64,000 nt of DNA from a virus. Taxonomy: Duplodnaviria; Heunggongvirae; Uroviricota; Caudoviricetes. Each line of letters begins with the position of its first letter. Within the stretch, counting starts at the first letter, position 1. Position numbers and translations under genes: made by a program. Location of the stretch: IMG/VR virus record IMGVR_UViG_3300031994_000001, positions 119,799-183,798 of that record. The stretch is one strand, 5' to 3'. Positions 63,743 to 64,000 of this stretch are shown one piece after another. Under the pieces are notes generated by a model. The model was not told the origin of the DNA, did not search any database, and worked only from the letters and a program-made list of their open reading frames with translations.

Positions 63743-63943
63743 ATGAGTTGCTATGATTGCATACACGGGCCAGTACCCTGCGAGCGTTGGGAAGTTGAAG
63801 GACACACTATGCTGTGCCAAGAGTCAATAGACTACACTGCCAACTCAACGCCTGCGCCGCCTGCACCCGTTGACACAAAGGAAATAATCGAACTTGCCGA
63901 GAAGCAAGTTTCCGAAATGCTTGGAGAATCACATAATCAATAA
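63743..63943 (+). CDS. small Cys-rich protein (66 aa)
   Basis: MSCYDCIHGPVPCERWEVEGHTMLCQ... Confidence 0.35.
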   Translation: MSCYDCIHGPVPCERWEVEGHTMLCQESIDYTANSTPAPPAPVDTKEIIELAEKQVSEMLGESHNQ

Positions 63944-63959
63944 ACCAAAACACGTATAA

Positions 63960-64000
63960 ATGGAACAATTACTGACAGAAAAGTACAGACCGCAAAGCAT
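63960..64000 (+). CDS. start of a clamp-loader (gp44/RFC/DnaX-like AAA+) gene, truncated by the window end
   Basis: MEQLLTEKYRPQS shows the EKYRP motif that opens clamp-loader ATPases (T4 gp44 EQKYRPSTIDE; RFC WVEKYRP). Only 13 codons are visible. Confidence 0.35.
   Translation, partial: MEQLLTEKYRPQS

Noticed and set aside
1-64000. tRNA, rRNA, integrase or att sites, and CRISPR arrays
   Set aside because: Scanning the intergenic regions by eye gave no tRNA T-loop/cloverleaf signatures, no rRNA-like conserved blocks and no integrase motifs. I cannot state whether the element is integrated.

Overview
This 64-kb window looks like a contiguous piece of a large, densely coded, AT-rich tailed dsDNA phage genome. 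The host is probably a Bacteroidota bacterium; this is an inference from TTG...TAnnTTTG-type promoters, a FISUMP domain and weak dependence on Shine-Dalgarno sequences. I found no rRNA, tRNA, CRISPR array or integrase.

Recognisable content:
- a GH108-type endolysin;
- a long rightward block of very large putative virion proteins (1238, 1662 and 1103 aa);
- three Gly-X-Gln collagen-like fibre proteins;
- a T4 gp32-like ssDNA-binding protein and the first 13 codons of a clamp-loader-like gene;
- a flotillin/SPFH protein;
- an HTH protein with an RNA-polymerase alpha-CTD-like tail;
- a solo IS200/IS605 tnpB element;
- five translationally coupled N6/N4 DNA methyltransferase paralogs, with one unknown gene embedded in the array;
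- a purine-nucleotide module (GuaC-like GMP reductase, a vWA protein, a short PurA/PurZ-family adenylosuccinate-synthetase homolog immediately followed by a MazG/DUF550-like pyrophosphohydrolase and a small HD-motif protein), which could encode 2-aminoadenine (Z-base) biosynthesis or purine rerouting.

The most striking feature is a family of at least 14, possibly 18, paralogous genes scattered in four clusters. They share a conserved ~25-aa N-terminal leader (consensus M-K/E-I-L-K-x-E-Q-Y-I-N-E-K-L-N-I-K/Q-P-V-S-K-D/E-R-L) fused to unrelated C-terminal domains: 22-aa LRR arrays, DUF285 repeats, a CapA-like phosphoesterase and several unknown domains. Two members start MKTYSDFIGE and MEIYKFEQFIAES. 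As I recall, the phage T4 capsid-targeting sequence of internal protein III is MKTYQEFIAE. The leader also carries an [ILV]-x-E site like those cut by T4-type prohead proteases. I therefore interpret this as a candidate system of capsid-packaged, injected effector proteins; that is an inference.

Two families of repeated promoter-like elements (5 and 2 copies), several rho-independent terminators and a possible -1 frameshift at an A7 run were also seen. Most small antisense ORFs in the six-frame track are judged spurious.
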